Source of the DNA: Macrostomum lignano
Lineage: Eukaryota
Reading direction: 5' to 3'
DNA: 64,000 nucleotides
NCBI GenBank assembly: GCA_002269645.1
Contig: NIVC01002374.1
Span: 115,628-179,627 of the forward strand
Shown here: positions 49,706 through 62,800 of the stretch, one piece after another
How the letters are laid out: the number at the start of each line of letters is the position of its first letter
Position numbering within the stretch: the first letter of the stretch is position 1
Position numbers and translations under genes: made by a program
Notes under the pieces: generated by a model
Database searches by the model: none
Told to the model about the DNA's origin: nothing
What the model saw: only the letters and a program-made list of their open reading frames with translations

Positions 49706-50295
49706 GTATCTGTGCTTTGCCATTGCTAAAAGTGACTACAAAGCAACCAAATTGGTACTAAAGAGGCTTTAACTGAATAAAAAATGCAGTGGCTGATAGC
49801 TTAGAGTGATAAATTTAAGTGTTGAAAAAGCCGCTAAACTCATTTATAAATAGCTACGAATGCAGCTGCATAACCTGATGAACTTTGCTTAGTGAGATGA
49901 GAAATGATTATACTGGGCCGTAATAACTAAAATAATGTTTAACAAACGAGTACAGACTGGGTTACTACCAATGATTTCTCGATAAAGAAAAGGCACAACA
50001 TGTTCTAATCAAAGTACTACTGATAAAAGAAAACAGTAGATAAGAGCGCGAGCGCGTCCCCCATTCAAAATATTTAACAATAGATATTCGGTATGCACTA
50101 CTTACCTGAGCAAAAAACGCAGGTAAGTAGAAAGTGACGAATAGAAGCAGAAAAAAATTGCGCGGAAATAGAAACTACGAGACAACCAGAAGTAGGAAGC
50201 TGCTAGAACTGATGGAGTTCCATGCTAAAAATGATACAGATCGCTCTTTAGGTGAATATTTTAATCCAACGTGACAGACAAACTCGATTCCCAAC

Positions 50296-50838
50296 TCAAA
50301 TCAGCCTGAGAACCTCGGCCGAGTCCAGGAACACTCGGCCGGAGAAGCCGCCAAGCGCCAGTAGAGAATCGGCGCCGAGCGCCACCAGACCCAGACCGGC
50401 GCGCGGCACCGCCAGCTGAGCGGAGGACGCCGACAAACAAGAAGCCGATGTCGCTTTCGCCGATGCGGCGAGATTCTCGCAGCCGACCAGCGCCGGCTGA
50501 TGGCCGTCGGAGCCGCCGACGAGCCACAGGTCGCCGGGGCCCAGCGAGGCCATGGCGGCGCCGCGCCTCGGACAGGCGAGCGACAGCGGCTGCGACTGCG
50601 TCGGCTCAGCGTCGTCCACGAAGTCGTCATCTGAGGAGGATCCCCGGCCGAGCATCAGGTCGGATGTGACCGGATTGGCGTCCCAGCGGTTGACGCGCGG
50701 ATCCCACACTTCTAGGCTGGCCAGACAGCCGCCGCTCCAGCCGTCCGAGCCGCCGGCAACCCACAGCTGGCCCTGGGATGGCGGATGGGGCAGCTGGGTG
50801 TTCGACTGTCTGTCTGTCTGTCTGACTGTCTGTCTGAC

Positions 50839-50875
<37 letters not shown>

Positions 50876-53800
50876 GCCTGTCAGTCTGTCTGTCTGTCTG
50901 TCTGTCTTAGTGTCTGTCTTAGTATCTGTCTTAGTGTCTGTCTTAGTGTCTGTCTTAGTGTCTGTCTGTCTGTCTGTCTATCTGTCTGTCTGCCTGTGTC
51001 CTAGTGATAGTTAATCTATCCTTCTGACTTTCTGCTATTGGCATGTCTAAGTGACTAACGGCAGGTAACACAGGTAAAATAGGAAAGAAATGAAATTTTA
51101 GAGACGACTCTAAAACGACGAGATGTCACGTTACAGGTCGCCACGTTAGAGTCGCCTGAGAGCCACTCTAAAGTGTTTTTATTGTTTGCGACTCTGGAGC
51201 CGCAGAGTCAGATCTGAGGCGTGCCAGAGACGCTGCAGAATGACTGATTTGCGTCTAAAGCGCATCTGAGTCACTTTCAATTACATCATTGTTTTTTGTC
51301 AATATTAAACTAACCTGGGCAACGCGCATCAATGTCGCGCTGCCAGTACAGCTATCAGATACTTGCCTGGTGAGCGGCCATGCAGCACTCGTTTCTGGGT
51401 TCGGACAGTCCCGGCATTGCCTGCCAGCGGCCGACGCGCGGGTCCAACCATTCGGCGTAGCGCACCGACGCTGCGCCGTATCGGCCGCCGACGGCAAACA
51501 CGGCGCCGTTTAGTTCGGCGACGGCGCAGCCGCTGCGGGCGCGCGACATCGGCGGGCCGGGCAGCCAATGGTTGCCGTCGAACTCTTCAATCTGAGCGAG
51601 CGAATGGCGAGGATTCAAGCCTCAGGGATCTGAGGAGGTGCTCAAGCTGAGGATCCAATGAGGAGGTGCTCAAGCTGAGGATCCAATGAGAAGGTGCTCA
51701 AGCTGAGGAGTGCATGATGAGGAGATGCTCAAGCTGAGGAGTGCATGATGAGGAGGTGCTCAAGCTGAGGATCCAATGAGAAGGTGCTCAAGCTGAGGAG
51801 TGCATGATGAGGAGATGCTCAAGCTGAGGAGTGCATGATGAGAAGATGCTCAAGCTGAGCAGTGCATGATGAGAAGATGCTCAAGCTGAGGAGTGCATGA
51901 TGAGAAGATGCTCAAGCTGAGCAGTGCATGATGAGAAGATGCTCAAGCTGAGGAGTCCATGATGAGAAGATGCTCAAGCTGAGGAGTACATGATGAGAAG
52001 ATGCTCAAGCTGAGCAGTGCATGATGAGAAGATGCTCAAGCTGAGGAGTCCATGATGAGAAGATGCTCAAGATGAGGAGTGCATATGCTCAAGCTGAGCA
52101 GTGCATGATGAGAAGATGCTCAAGCTGAGCAGTGCATGATGAGAAGATGCTCAAGCTGATGAGTGCATGATGAGGAGATGCTCAAGCTGAGGAGTGTATG
52201 ATGAGAAGATGCTCAAGCTGAGCGCTCAGCCTGTGACGCTGGGCCTCCAGCTCACCGTGGCCAACTCAGAGACGCCATCGGAGCCGCCGCAGGCGAATAC
52301 ACGGCAGGCGCCGGTTCTGCCAACAACAGCGGCTGCAGAGAAGCGACTACGCGGGCCGCCTGCTAGCTCGGGTCCGGGACGCCAGGCGCCGCTGTCCGGG
52401 CAGTAGATCTCGCAGCTGCGCAGACACTGACCGCGATTATAACCCCGGCAACCAGCAGTTTAAATCCGCCTTCGCTTTTATCGTCCAGTCTAACAGCGCC
52501 AAAGGAGGCCCTGGGCGACAGCATGTACGGGAAATGATCGCCGTGGCCGCTAGTAGACGCCGAGTTGTCGCTGTGAAATGAGACCACGCTGCTCTGGGCG
52601 GACGAGCGGCGTCGAACCCGGCACTGCTCCCGCAGCAGGGGGTCCTCGGCTAGGGGCAGCTGGCGCACGCTCATGAGACAGAGGGAGGGGCCGAGCCGGG
52701 CGAGCAGGAGCAGGCAGCTGGCGCCAGCCCGCTGCTGCGGCTGCTGATCGATTATTGACAGCACTCGAGAGGGCAGCTGACGTGAGGAGCGCTGGTTGTT
52801 GCTCTGGGATTTATTAGGGAAGAGAGGGAGGCTGAGGCTGTTGTATTTGAAAATCACAGTGTATCAGGCTGGCTCAGCAACTGACACTCTGGGAGGCTGG
52901 CTCAGCAACTGACACTCTGGGAGGCTGGCTCAGCAACTGACACTCTGGGAGGCTGGCTCAGCAACTGACACTCTGGGAGGCTGGCTCAGCAACTGACACT
53001 CTGGAAGGCTGGCTCAGCAACTGAGGATCTGGGAGGCTGGCTTAGCAACTGACACTCTGGGAGGCTGGCTCAGCAACTGACACTCTGGGAGGCTGGCCCA
53101 GCAACTGACACTCTGGGAGGCTGGCCTAGCAACTGACACTCTGGGAGTGGGAGGCTGGTCCAGCAACAGAGGATCTGGGAGGCTGGTCCAGCAACTGAGG
53201 ATCTGGAAGGCTGGCCCAGCAACTGAGGATCTGGGAGGCTGGCCCAGCAACTGAGGATCTGGGAGGCTGGCCCAGCAACTGACACTCTGGGAGGCTGGCC
53301 CAGCAACTGACACTCTGGGAGGCTGGCCCAGCAACTGACACTCTGGGAGGCTGGCCCAGCAACTGACACTCTGGGAGGCTGGCCCAGCAACTGAGGATCT
53401 GGGAGGCTGGGCCAGCAACTGAGGATCTGAGAGGCTGGCACAGCAACTGAGGATCTGGGATGCTGGCTCAGCAACTGACACTCTGGGAGGCTGGCCCAGC
53501 AACTGACACTCTGGGAGGCTGGCCCAGCAACTGACACTCTGGGAGGCTGGCCCAGCAACTGAGGATCTGGGAGGCTGGCCCAGCAACTGAGGATCTGGAA
53601 GGCTGGCCCAGCAACTGAGGATCTGGGAGGCTGGCCCAGCAACTGACACTCTGGGAGGCTGGCCCAGCAACTGACACTCTGGGAGGCTGGCCCAGCAACT
53701 GACACTCTGGGAGGCTGGCCCAGCAACTGACACTCTGGGAGGCTGGCCCAGCAACTGACACTCTGGGAGGCTGGCCCAGCAACTGAGGATCTGGGAGGCT

Positions 53801-56800
53801 GGCCCAGCAACTGAGGATCTGGGAGGCTGGCCCAGCAACTGAGGATCTGGGAGGCTGGCCCAGCAACTGAGGATCTGGGAGGCTGGCCCAGCAACTGAGG
53901 ATCTGGGAGGCTGGCCCAGCAACTGAGGATCTGGGAGGCTGGCCCAGCAACTGAGGATCTGGGAGGCTGGCCCAGCAACTGAGGATCTAGGAGGCTGGCA
54001 TAGCAACAGAGGATCTAACGCACCATGATCTTAGCGTGCATCCGACGCGAATCAATGTAATCCCTCAGCTGAGGCAGGTGGCTGGCCAGCTCAAGCTTCG
54101 CGTCGTCGGCGGCCGCAGCGTCCTCGGGACCCGAGGAGTCGGACAAAGCCACCGCAGCAGCCGCAGCGACAACAGCCGTGGCGAACTGCTGCTGCTCGCA
54201 GTCGATAACAGCCGAACCGTCTGAGGTCAGGTAGAGCAGGTGAACCTGGCCGGCGATGTGCGCCAGGAGTCGCTGAGCAGTGGCTGTCTGGCAGAAGTCG
54301 CCGAGAGTAGCGACAGCTTCGCCGTACTCCTTCGCCCCGCCGGAGCCAGTCACTGTATTCCGGTCCGCGTCCCCGTTGTCGCTCAAGTCCGTGTCGCTGT
54401 CGGACGAGTCGGAGTCGGAAGTGCGGCGGTGTCGATCCCGACAGTCCAGTATCAGACGGTGTAGGGTTCCGGCGAACCAGTCGCACAGCAGGTCGCCTAT
54501 AGCGGCTGAGCTGGCGGTCTCAGTGGAGCCGACTGCGAGTGAGGACAGGTGTGTGTGCTGCCAGCTCTTGTTTGTGTGCTGCCAGCTCTTGTTTGTGTAC
54601 TGCCAGCTCTTGTTTGTGTGCTGCCAGCTCTTGTTTGTGTACTGCCAGCTCTTGTTTGTGTACTGCCAGCTCTTGTTTGTGTGCTGCCAGCTCTTGTTTG
54701 TGTGCTGCCAGCTCTTGTTTGTGTGCTGCCAGCTCTTGTTTGTGTGCTGCCAGCTCTGAGCTCTTGTTTGTGTGCTGCCAGCTCTTGTTTGTGTGCTGCC
54801 AGCTCTGAGCTCTTGTTTGTGTGCTGCCAGCTCTTGTTTGTGCGCTGCCAGCTCTTGTTTGTGTGCTGCCAGCTCTTGTTTGTGTGCTGCCAGCTCTTGT
54901 TTGTGTGCTGCCAGCTCTTGTTTGTGTGCTGCCAGCTCTTGTTTATGTGCTGCCAGCTATAGTGAGTGTGCTGCCAGCTATAGTGAGTGTGCTGCCAGCT
55001 ATAGTGATTGTGCTGCCAGCTCTTGTTTATGTGCTGCCAGCTATAGTGAGTGTGCTGCCAGCTATAGTGAGTGTGCTGCCAGTTCTGAATCAGTCAGTGG
55101 GTAGGTACCTAGTGACACCAATACATTACATATTAAGGGAAACCTCTATAAAGTCACACGATATAATAATACTCATACGTGGATTTCGCATGGTATTCAT
55201 AGCATAACTTTCAACGGAAAGCAGCTAACAGAACCCAGTTTTTCAGGCAGTTTAAACCCAGTTTTAGTTGTAGGAGTTACCAGTAAATCGAATAGCGATA
55301 CATAAATCACATGCAGTCAGCTAAAGTAGCAATTTCACTCTCACTGCTAGTGCCTGCTATGCCATCCCAAAGCGGTGTAGCTAGGAAGGCAACAAGTAAA
55401 CATGTTATTGCGCACTTTTATAATCAAGTCGCGACTCGTGACTTAAGAGAAGTTTGTTAATTTTAAAGATATTAAGAATTCATATAGATTGCGTAACTCT
55501 TACCTAGCAGGTCAACTTTTATCTTAGGCAGCGGACAATCCAAGTCCAAGTCTACTATCTCTGCCAAATGCTGCACAATGTAGTTATCGATACCGTCAAC
55601 TAGGCTGTCAAAGTCGGTTACTTGGGAGCGAAGCTCTGAAATATGGCACAGAGTTTTGGGAGAATTCATACAGATAGTATTAGAGGAATTCATGCCGGAT
55701 TACCCGTGACACCTGTGGGATTTTAGATCAATGGGGGATTAGTGGCAACACCTGTGGGATCTGATATCCATGGGAGATTAGTAGCGAGACACCTGGGGGA
55801 TCTGAGATCTATAGGAGATTAGTGGCGAACACCTGTGGGATCTATGGGAGATTAGCGACGCTTGTGGGATGAGATCCCTGGCTATGGGAGATTAGTGGCG
55901 ACACCTGTGGGATCTGAGATCCATGGGAGATTAATGACGACACCTGGGGGATCTGAGATCCATGGGAGATTACTGACGACACCTGTGGGATCTGAGATCC
56001 ATGGGATATTAAAGGCGAACATCTGTGGGATCTGAGATCCATGGGAGATTAGTGGCGAGACACCTGGGGGATCTGAGATCTATAGGAGATTAGTGGCGAA
56101 CACCTGTGGGATCTATGGGAGATTAGTGGCGACACCTGGGGGATTTGAGATCCACGGGAGATTACTGGCGACACCTGTGGGATCTGAGATCCATGGGATG
56201 TTAAAGGCGAACATCTTTGGGATCTGAGATCCATGGGAGATTAGTGGCGAGACACTTGGGGGATCTGAGATCCATGGGAGATTAGTGGCGAGACACCTGG
56301 GGGGATCTGAGATCCATGGGAGATTAAAGGCGAACACCTGTGGGATCTGAGATCCATGGGAGATTAGTGGCGACACTAATGTGAGATCTGAGATCCATGG
56401 AGATTAGCGACACCTGGGGGATCTATAGGAGATTAGCGACACTAGTGGGATCTGAGATCCATGGGAGATTAGTGGCGACATGTGGGGGAGCTCCAAGATG
56501 CACAATCAAGCTGCGGAAAAGAAGGCACAAAAGCAGAATACACCAACCAAGCACGTTGCGCGGCTTCAACCCAGCCAGTAGTGTCTGGGCGCAGTACTTG
56601 ACCAGAACAGGCAGGCGTAGGTAGCAGGCTGCCGAGTGCAGCTGGGCCAGAGCCAGAGGCTCCATCGAGCCGGGATCCGGCAGGCAGCCGGTGTAGACAA
56701 AGTGCAGCGCATGGCTAAACGCATCAGGCGTGAGATGACGCGGTAGGTTAAAGTGTCCACAGTTTGGTTCCTCAGTTAGCAGGCGCATGAAATGCGGTGA

Positions 56801-56935
56801 CGCCGCCGCTAGAACGCATTTGTGCGCCAGAAAGCGGCGCCCGTGAACGCTAATCTGCAGATCGCAAAACATGCCCTCCTCGCGTAGCTTGGCCAGCTTG
56901 GCCAGGTGATCGGGTATGCCACTAGGCTCAGACAT
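50296..56935 (-). CDS. IVNS1ABP: BTB-BACK-Kelch protein, IVNS1ABP/NS1-BP-like, ~759 aa if the 1-nt frameshift at 52443-52446 is corrected
   Basis: Exons 56935-56548 (BTB: [27 protein letters not shown]), 55635-55504 (BACK: [21 protein letters not shown], resembling IVNS1ABP VDAYIQEHLLQI..LPRLKLEVM), 54532-54024, 52803-52256, 51591-51367 and 50772-50296. Six kelch repeats, including [20 protein letters not shown] and [14 protein letters not shown]. Phases 1,1,0,0,0 are consistent. Confidence 0.82.
50806..50995. repeat. (CTGT)n microsatellite, Kelch gene intron 5
   Basis: Direct reading. Confidence 0.95.
51625..52222. repeat. ~31-bp minisatellite (TGCTCAAGCTGAGGAGTGCATGATGAGAAGA), Kelch gene intron 4
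   Basis: Direct reading. Confidence 0.95.
52865..54015. repeat. 28-bp minisatellite (GGGAGGCTGGCCCAGCAACT + GAGGATCT or GACACTCT), Kelch gene intron 3
   Basis: Direct reading. Confidence 0.97.
54550..55085. repeat. 21-bp minisatellite (GTGTGCTGCCAGCTCTTGTTT), Kelch gene intron 2
   Basis: Direct reading. Confidence 0.95.
55715..56480. repeat. ~39-bp degenerate minisatellite (GATCTGAGATCCATGGGAGATTAGTGGCGACACCTGTGG), Kelch gene intron 1
   Basis: Direct reading. Confidence 0.93.
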
Positions 56936-58028
56936 TTGGGATACGGTATAGCCTGTCCGTTTAAATGTTGTGGCCTCTCTGGACTGCTAATTTTAAGTGC
57001 AACGCATTCAAGCATGCAATTTTTTATTCAGAGTCTTGATGTTCAGAATGAACTTGAATAGACAATATAATGGCATGAAAACACAGTAAACACAATCATG
57101 CTTAAGCCATGGATCACTGGTTTGATTTTGTGTGCATTCATATTAGTTTGTGGCTTGTGCAAAAAATATCCTAAGGCTACATTGCTGCTAAGCTTTTGGA
57201 AAAAAAGGCCTACATTTCGGTTTACACACAATGATAAACCTTAAACTTAATTTGGTATATAAACAAAGTTTATCAGAATATAAATAAAAGAAATTTGTAA
57301 TCAATTTAAATGATCAAAACATTTTGAACATTTTGCATAGGAACATGAATTTTATTAAGTCAAATGTATACTTTTACAATTAAAAAACATAAAAAGCATG
57401 TTTAACTTCATCAGAACTATATAAATAGCAATGCTATAGTACTTAGCCATTGCTACTACGAGCTATTTAAACATTTTTTAAATTATCAAGTTAGTTCATA
57501 GATAAAACAATTTCTAATCTTAGCATATTAGCATAAGGTGCTAATATTTGTTTTTATTGTAATAGGCAATCTAACAACATTGCTATTAATATTTTATTAA
57601 AATGCCATAGGGTTAATAATCTCTCTATTAAAATCTACATATACTAATTAATGTAATAAACATGACATTAGGAACAAAATTTACTCCATAATGTTTTAGC
57701 TCTAACTTTTTTTGCTTAAACTCTAGCTACATTTCAAAAAGGCTTTAGATCTTATAGTTAGACATAGTCCATTGGATTTTTAATACAAATAGTTGGTAAA
57801 TCACTAGATCAGTAGCAGCATTGTTATAGACAAGATTGGCAATAGCATCGGGCAATGGGCATTGGCACTTATCACATTTTTTCTAGTATACACATACACT
57901 AAGCTATGCCTTTACTTAAAAAAATAATTATAAATAGTAAAGTGATTGCAGTTTCACTTTAACTTTATATAATTTATCCCATATATACTTAAAAAAAATT
58001 TATGAATGATATAGACATATTGTATAAT

Positions 58029-58674
58029 GGCAACCAATCAAAAGGGTGACAGATGAAAAGGGCAACAGTCAAAAGGGCGATAGTCAAAAGGGTGACAGGG
58101 TATTAGACCAAGAACTACTTAAGTAGAAGATTGGGAAACCTTGTTTCTTTGAAAATCTTAGAATCTGCCTCCTATCAAAAGCAATAACAAGATATGTTAA
58201 GACATTAGAAATATTAGGCCTAGAATTGTAAGTGTTGGTATTGTGCATGTATATATACATTAATGTACATTTAAACAGTTCAATGAGGTTTATTTATTTT
58301 ATTTATTTACTTCAAATACTGGAGAAAATTCAGCCGTGGCAACTGCTTAGCAGATGATCTACTAAAGGCAGTTAGTGAAATAAATGGACCTCACTGAACC
58401 ACATTTTAACATTAATAGTGTGTCCAATATGTGTCCAGCTTTTATACATAACTGCTTGTACATTTTTAACAATGTAACAATGTATGGTAACAATACCATA
58501 TATTGTTTTAACAAATACAAGTATGATACATTTTTACTGCTCTAGCAGTAACAAATACTTCTAATGTATATGGAACTTGTAATTTCAATATAAGTACACT
58601 GTAACTGTCGCCCTTTAGATTCTCGCCCTTTTGACTATCGCCCTTTTGATCTGTCACCCTTTTGACTTGCAGCC
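58029..58674. mobile_element. MULE-like MITE
   Basis: Inverted ends built of tcaaaagggygac units. Perfect 9-bp TSD TTGTATAAT at 58020-58028 and 58675-58683. Confidence 0.8.
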
Positions 58675-59171
58675 TTGTATAATGTAGTAAAAATAAATAG
58701 TATAATAAAAATAATAATGAAAAATGATAGACAAAAATTGAAACATTTTATACTATTAATAGATAAAGGTTTTTGGATAGTTTCTTCTTTTATTTTCTAT
58801 CTTTATCTTTATTTTAAGTAGACATATTAGTTTTAATTTAGAAAAAAGTTTCTTTTTACTTATCAATAAATACAATTACTAAACCTATTAACTATTTACT
58901 ATACTTTAGACAAAAAAATTAATTTCTTATATTTAAAAAATAGGTCCTATGCCTTACTATTTAGAATTCTTATGGCATAAATTATGACCATCAATGCCAC
59001 CTTATCTATAATGTGCAAAGTAAAGATTCCAATGATATATTTTTTGATATTTTAAGATTTTGATGTCCAACTTATTTGTTTAAGTAAAAGACCCTAGGAT
59101 CTTTTTTGCTTAAAAAGTTTTAATTTTTTATTGATTTTTGTATATTTTTAGTAGCTGGGTCATTTTAAGAT

Positions 59172-59835
59172 GGCAGTGCTTATCCCCACGGTACCGTAGG
59201 AATAATTTCTGTCTTATTCCAACGGTACCGTGCGAATAATTTTCTGCTTATCCGCACGGCACACTGAGGAGATAGCTGCCCTATCTTCTACATATGCCGT
59301 GCGAATAATTTTCTGCTTATCCGCATGGCACACTGACGAGATAGCTGCCCTATCTTCTACATATGCCGTGTTTAGTACATACGATTTGAGTGCAGTATAA
59401 CAACTTTGTTGAATTATTGTTGAATAAGTATACAGAAGGGTATCAGTAAAGCAGAATAACACGCATTTACACATGCATATACTAGTCTAGAACTGATTCG
59501 AGTTTATACATCATCAAGATCAACAGCTTCTTAGTATCCTCAGTTCAAATTCCCTTTCAATAAGCTATAAACTATTCACGCACAACATATATATGTAGCA
59601 GATAAAAACCGATAGGGCAGCTAGTAAAGCAGAGGAAATAAAACAGAGGACGTGTAGGGCAGCTATCTCGTCAGTGTGCCGTGCGGATAAGCAGAAAATT
59701 ATTCCCACGGCATATGTAGAAGATAGGGCAGCTATCTCGTCAGTGTGCCGTGCGGATAAGCAGAAAATTATTCGCACGGTACCGTTGGAATAAGACAGAA
59801 ATTATTCCTATGGTACCGTGGGGATAAGCACTGCC
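59172..59835. mobile_element. MULE-like foldback MITE with ~190-bp TIRs
   Basis: Near-perfect long inverted repeats GGCAGTGCTTATCCCCACGGTACC... Perfect 9-bp TSD TTTTAAGAT at 59163-59171 and 59836-59844. Confidence 0.88.
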
Positions 59836-61559
59836 TTTTAAGATAGGGTGTCCTATCATGTTTTTTAACTTAAAACATTTGTAACTTTTGAACCAAAATA
59901 GATCTAGAACAAGGCTGCAAAAAGCAATCTATATCAAACTTCTAGTTATATATTTTTATATAGCTGCTTATGAATCCTAAATTAACTAAACACATAGGTC
60001 ATAGTAGAGCATAAACTAGGCCTATGCTGATGGTTATTTGGTGATAAAAATGACTTGACTTAGTTTGAATTAATTTATTTGTATACCTAACTTTTATGCT
60101 TTTTCCTAGAATGTTTCCATAGTTCAGATTGTGTTTTAATGTACACTGGGTTTATGCCAGAAAAAATGACAAGACCTCATTTGTATGCCAGGTCCATAGT
60201 CCAGATCATGCTGGGTGCATGCCTGAACAAAAAATCAATAGTTACAAATGCACACTAATAAAACTGAGTGCATGTGCCCATTCTTAAAACTCTATAGGTG
60301 CTGCAACAACAAATGACCTTTTTCACATTGTGACAATAAATGACCTTTTTTATTGCATAATAGACCTTTTTGACAGATATTTGGTTTTGGCAATACTATT
60401 TATAGTAGAAAATTGATACATGCATAGATTTGTTTAAATGACTTATTACTAAAAAAATTATGATTGATATTTTCTTATTTAACAAGTCTACTTTATGACT
60501 TTCAGACTTATGTTAATGTTGGTTGCTTGCTTGCAGGTTGCAGCCATTGCTGGTTGGGTTGGGCTCCCTAAATACATATGCCCTTGTAATAGTAGTAGCA
60601 ATATTAAATGACTCAGGAAAAAAGCCTGACTGGTCAATATGAAAAGCTGTTTATCTAATTTTCTTGTTAAAAGTAAATTGAATGTACTAAATCTAAATTA
60701 TAGGCCTCCTCTTGGGCCTAGGCGCCTCCCGAAGTTAATATTTTCTACGAACTTATTAAATTTGAGTTTGCGCAAATTCAAATTACTTTTTGTATATTAA
60801 AAACAAAGCAAAACACGCCAAGTACAGTAAACTTTGTAGCACAAAATAATATTAGCTTTAAGAAAAAATTATTTTAGTATATTTAAATCTTTCGGTTTCA
60901 CACAAGTTGTGTAGGCTGAAGTATTTATGGTGACGTTTAAATTTGACTCTCCGGCCCGATCGACGAGGCGCCGCGCGGCTCTGCGCTGCCCTGCCCGCCG
61001 ACTAATTAGGTCTATGAGCAAGGACAAACCTATGCAATTTTTGCCTTTTTTAATAATTCCTGTTCTGTATTTAAATACAGCCTGTTGTTCTATTGTTTTT
61101 CGTTGAAGACCACCCGAAGATGCTGTTAAATATATTAGACCGAAAGGCGTGCTTTTAATTAAATACAAAATTTAGTACTGTGATTAGTTCTGTAATTTGT
61201 AAATTCTGTAAAACAAAGTTCTGTAATGTGTAAATTATAAACTTTTACTAGGGCCTAGTACTGTTTTATTTCTAAGTATATATTAGGGCGCCCAATAAAA
61301 TGCAGAATCCACAGCGGAATTGGAATAGTAATAGAATAGCTCAGTAAAATGCGGAATCCGTAGCGGAATGGTATAATGCAGAATGAGCAATGGAATCCAG
61401 TAACTTTAACTAAAATGCAAATGCAAAGTAGCTGAAGTGCATTTTGATCTATTATTATATATAATCTTATAACAATAAAGCTTTCAAAATTTTACCAAAC
61501 TACTAGAGAGAAAATTATAATACTTTTCAACACCCATCAGCCATGTTATTTATGAGAGA

Positions 61560-62370
61560 ACCTATATTACTACTTTGAGTAAGGTCCAGTAGATGCTGCT
61601 ATTTCTAGTTCAGTTTGCCTCCATATAGAATCATATTCAAATTTCTTTATATTGATGCAGGCCCTTCGCAAGTTTATAATATCCCACCGACTTGTCACCA
61701 AGTTGTTGTAGGCGTTCTCTCTATTTCTACTGGATCCCACAGCTGATACCAAGTTGTACCAGGCCTTCTGGCTCTCTCTATTTAATTCTAAAGTTTAATC
61801 ACTGAACTGCACTAAAACTGCTAAATTTGCTATTTCTAAGAATCCTATTTCTATATACTTATATGTACTTTTACGTTATGGGCTATCGTCGCTACGAATT
61901 ACCCTTGGTAGCTTCAGTGCCCGAGCGGCAAGACACTGCTGACTACTGCTAAATTCCTAAAATTATCCAGTCCAAACACGGCGTTTACCACAGACCGAGG
62001 GGTTTCCGGCTTCTTTTAGTACTGTCTCTTACGACTTAGAACTGCATCACGCTAATCTGAGCAACCTGAAAATAATCCCTTCCTGGGTAATCCAACCTTT
62101 CTACACTGGGTATTCCACCCTTTGTACTGGGTATTCCACCCTCTTTGCACTGGGTATTCCACCTCTTTACTGGGTATTCCACCCTCTTTGATCAGCAATC
62201 CCTGCTTATCACTGTACTGGCAAAACGCTTTCTGCTATCCAACACGGTAACTTAGTCTGCAATACTGCTTCAAAGGACTAATTCAGAAGAACCAAGAAAT
62301 CTTTTCCTGTTTCCTGTTAACTGATTAGGAAATCGAAAGGTTGAGGTTTCGTTTTATTTTGGCCTTGTAT
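61560..62370 (-). mobile_element. Possible LTR/PBS remnant
   Basis: On the minus strand, TGGTATCAGCTGTGGGAT (61751-61734) and TGGTGACAAGTCGGTGGGAT (61700-61681) are PBS-like. A short internal tandem repeat lies at 62100-62190. Confidence 0.35.
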
Positions 62371-62687
62371 TTATACTAGTAATTAGAGTCTTGTTTCATT
62401 GGCTTACGTATCTAACATTAAAACAAATGAATGGCTAAAACAAATTATTCGCATCATTAAAACAAAATATTATTCAGTAAAACAAATTTACGAATTAAAA
62501 CAAATCATACGGTACTTATTATTTTGGCGGGAATTTAATTTCGCGGAAACAAACTAATTTTCTAGGAATAAACATAAGCCCTTCTACAATATATCTTTTT
62601 TATATAGTTAAATTGCTGTTGGCAAAGCTATATATATTTAAAATTTCATTTTTTATCCTTACATTTTTCATTTTATGTTAGTGGATT

Positions 62688-62800
62688 CCATAGTCAGGAA
62701 GGTGGCAAGTGCACGCGGGGAATCAATTTATGGAAAAATCCTTGGTGCACGCCAATGTACACCAATTTTTTAAAACCCTTAACATGACGTTTCTGTTGCA
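62688..62800 (+). mobile_element. Terminus of a related TIR element
   Basis: CCATAGTCAGGAAGGTG matches the left TIR at 29990 at 16/17 positions. No partner end was seen in the window. Confidence 0.45.

Noticed and set aside
53014-55207. Cys/Pro-rich repetitive ORFs
   Set aside because: Intronic minisatellites of the Kelch gene.
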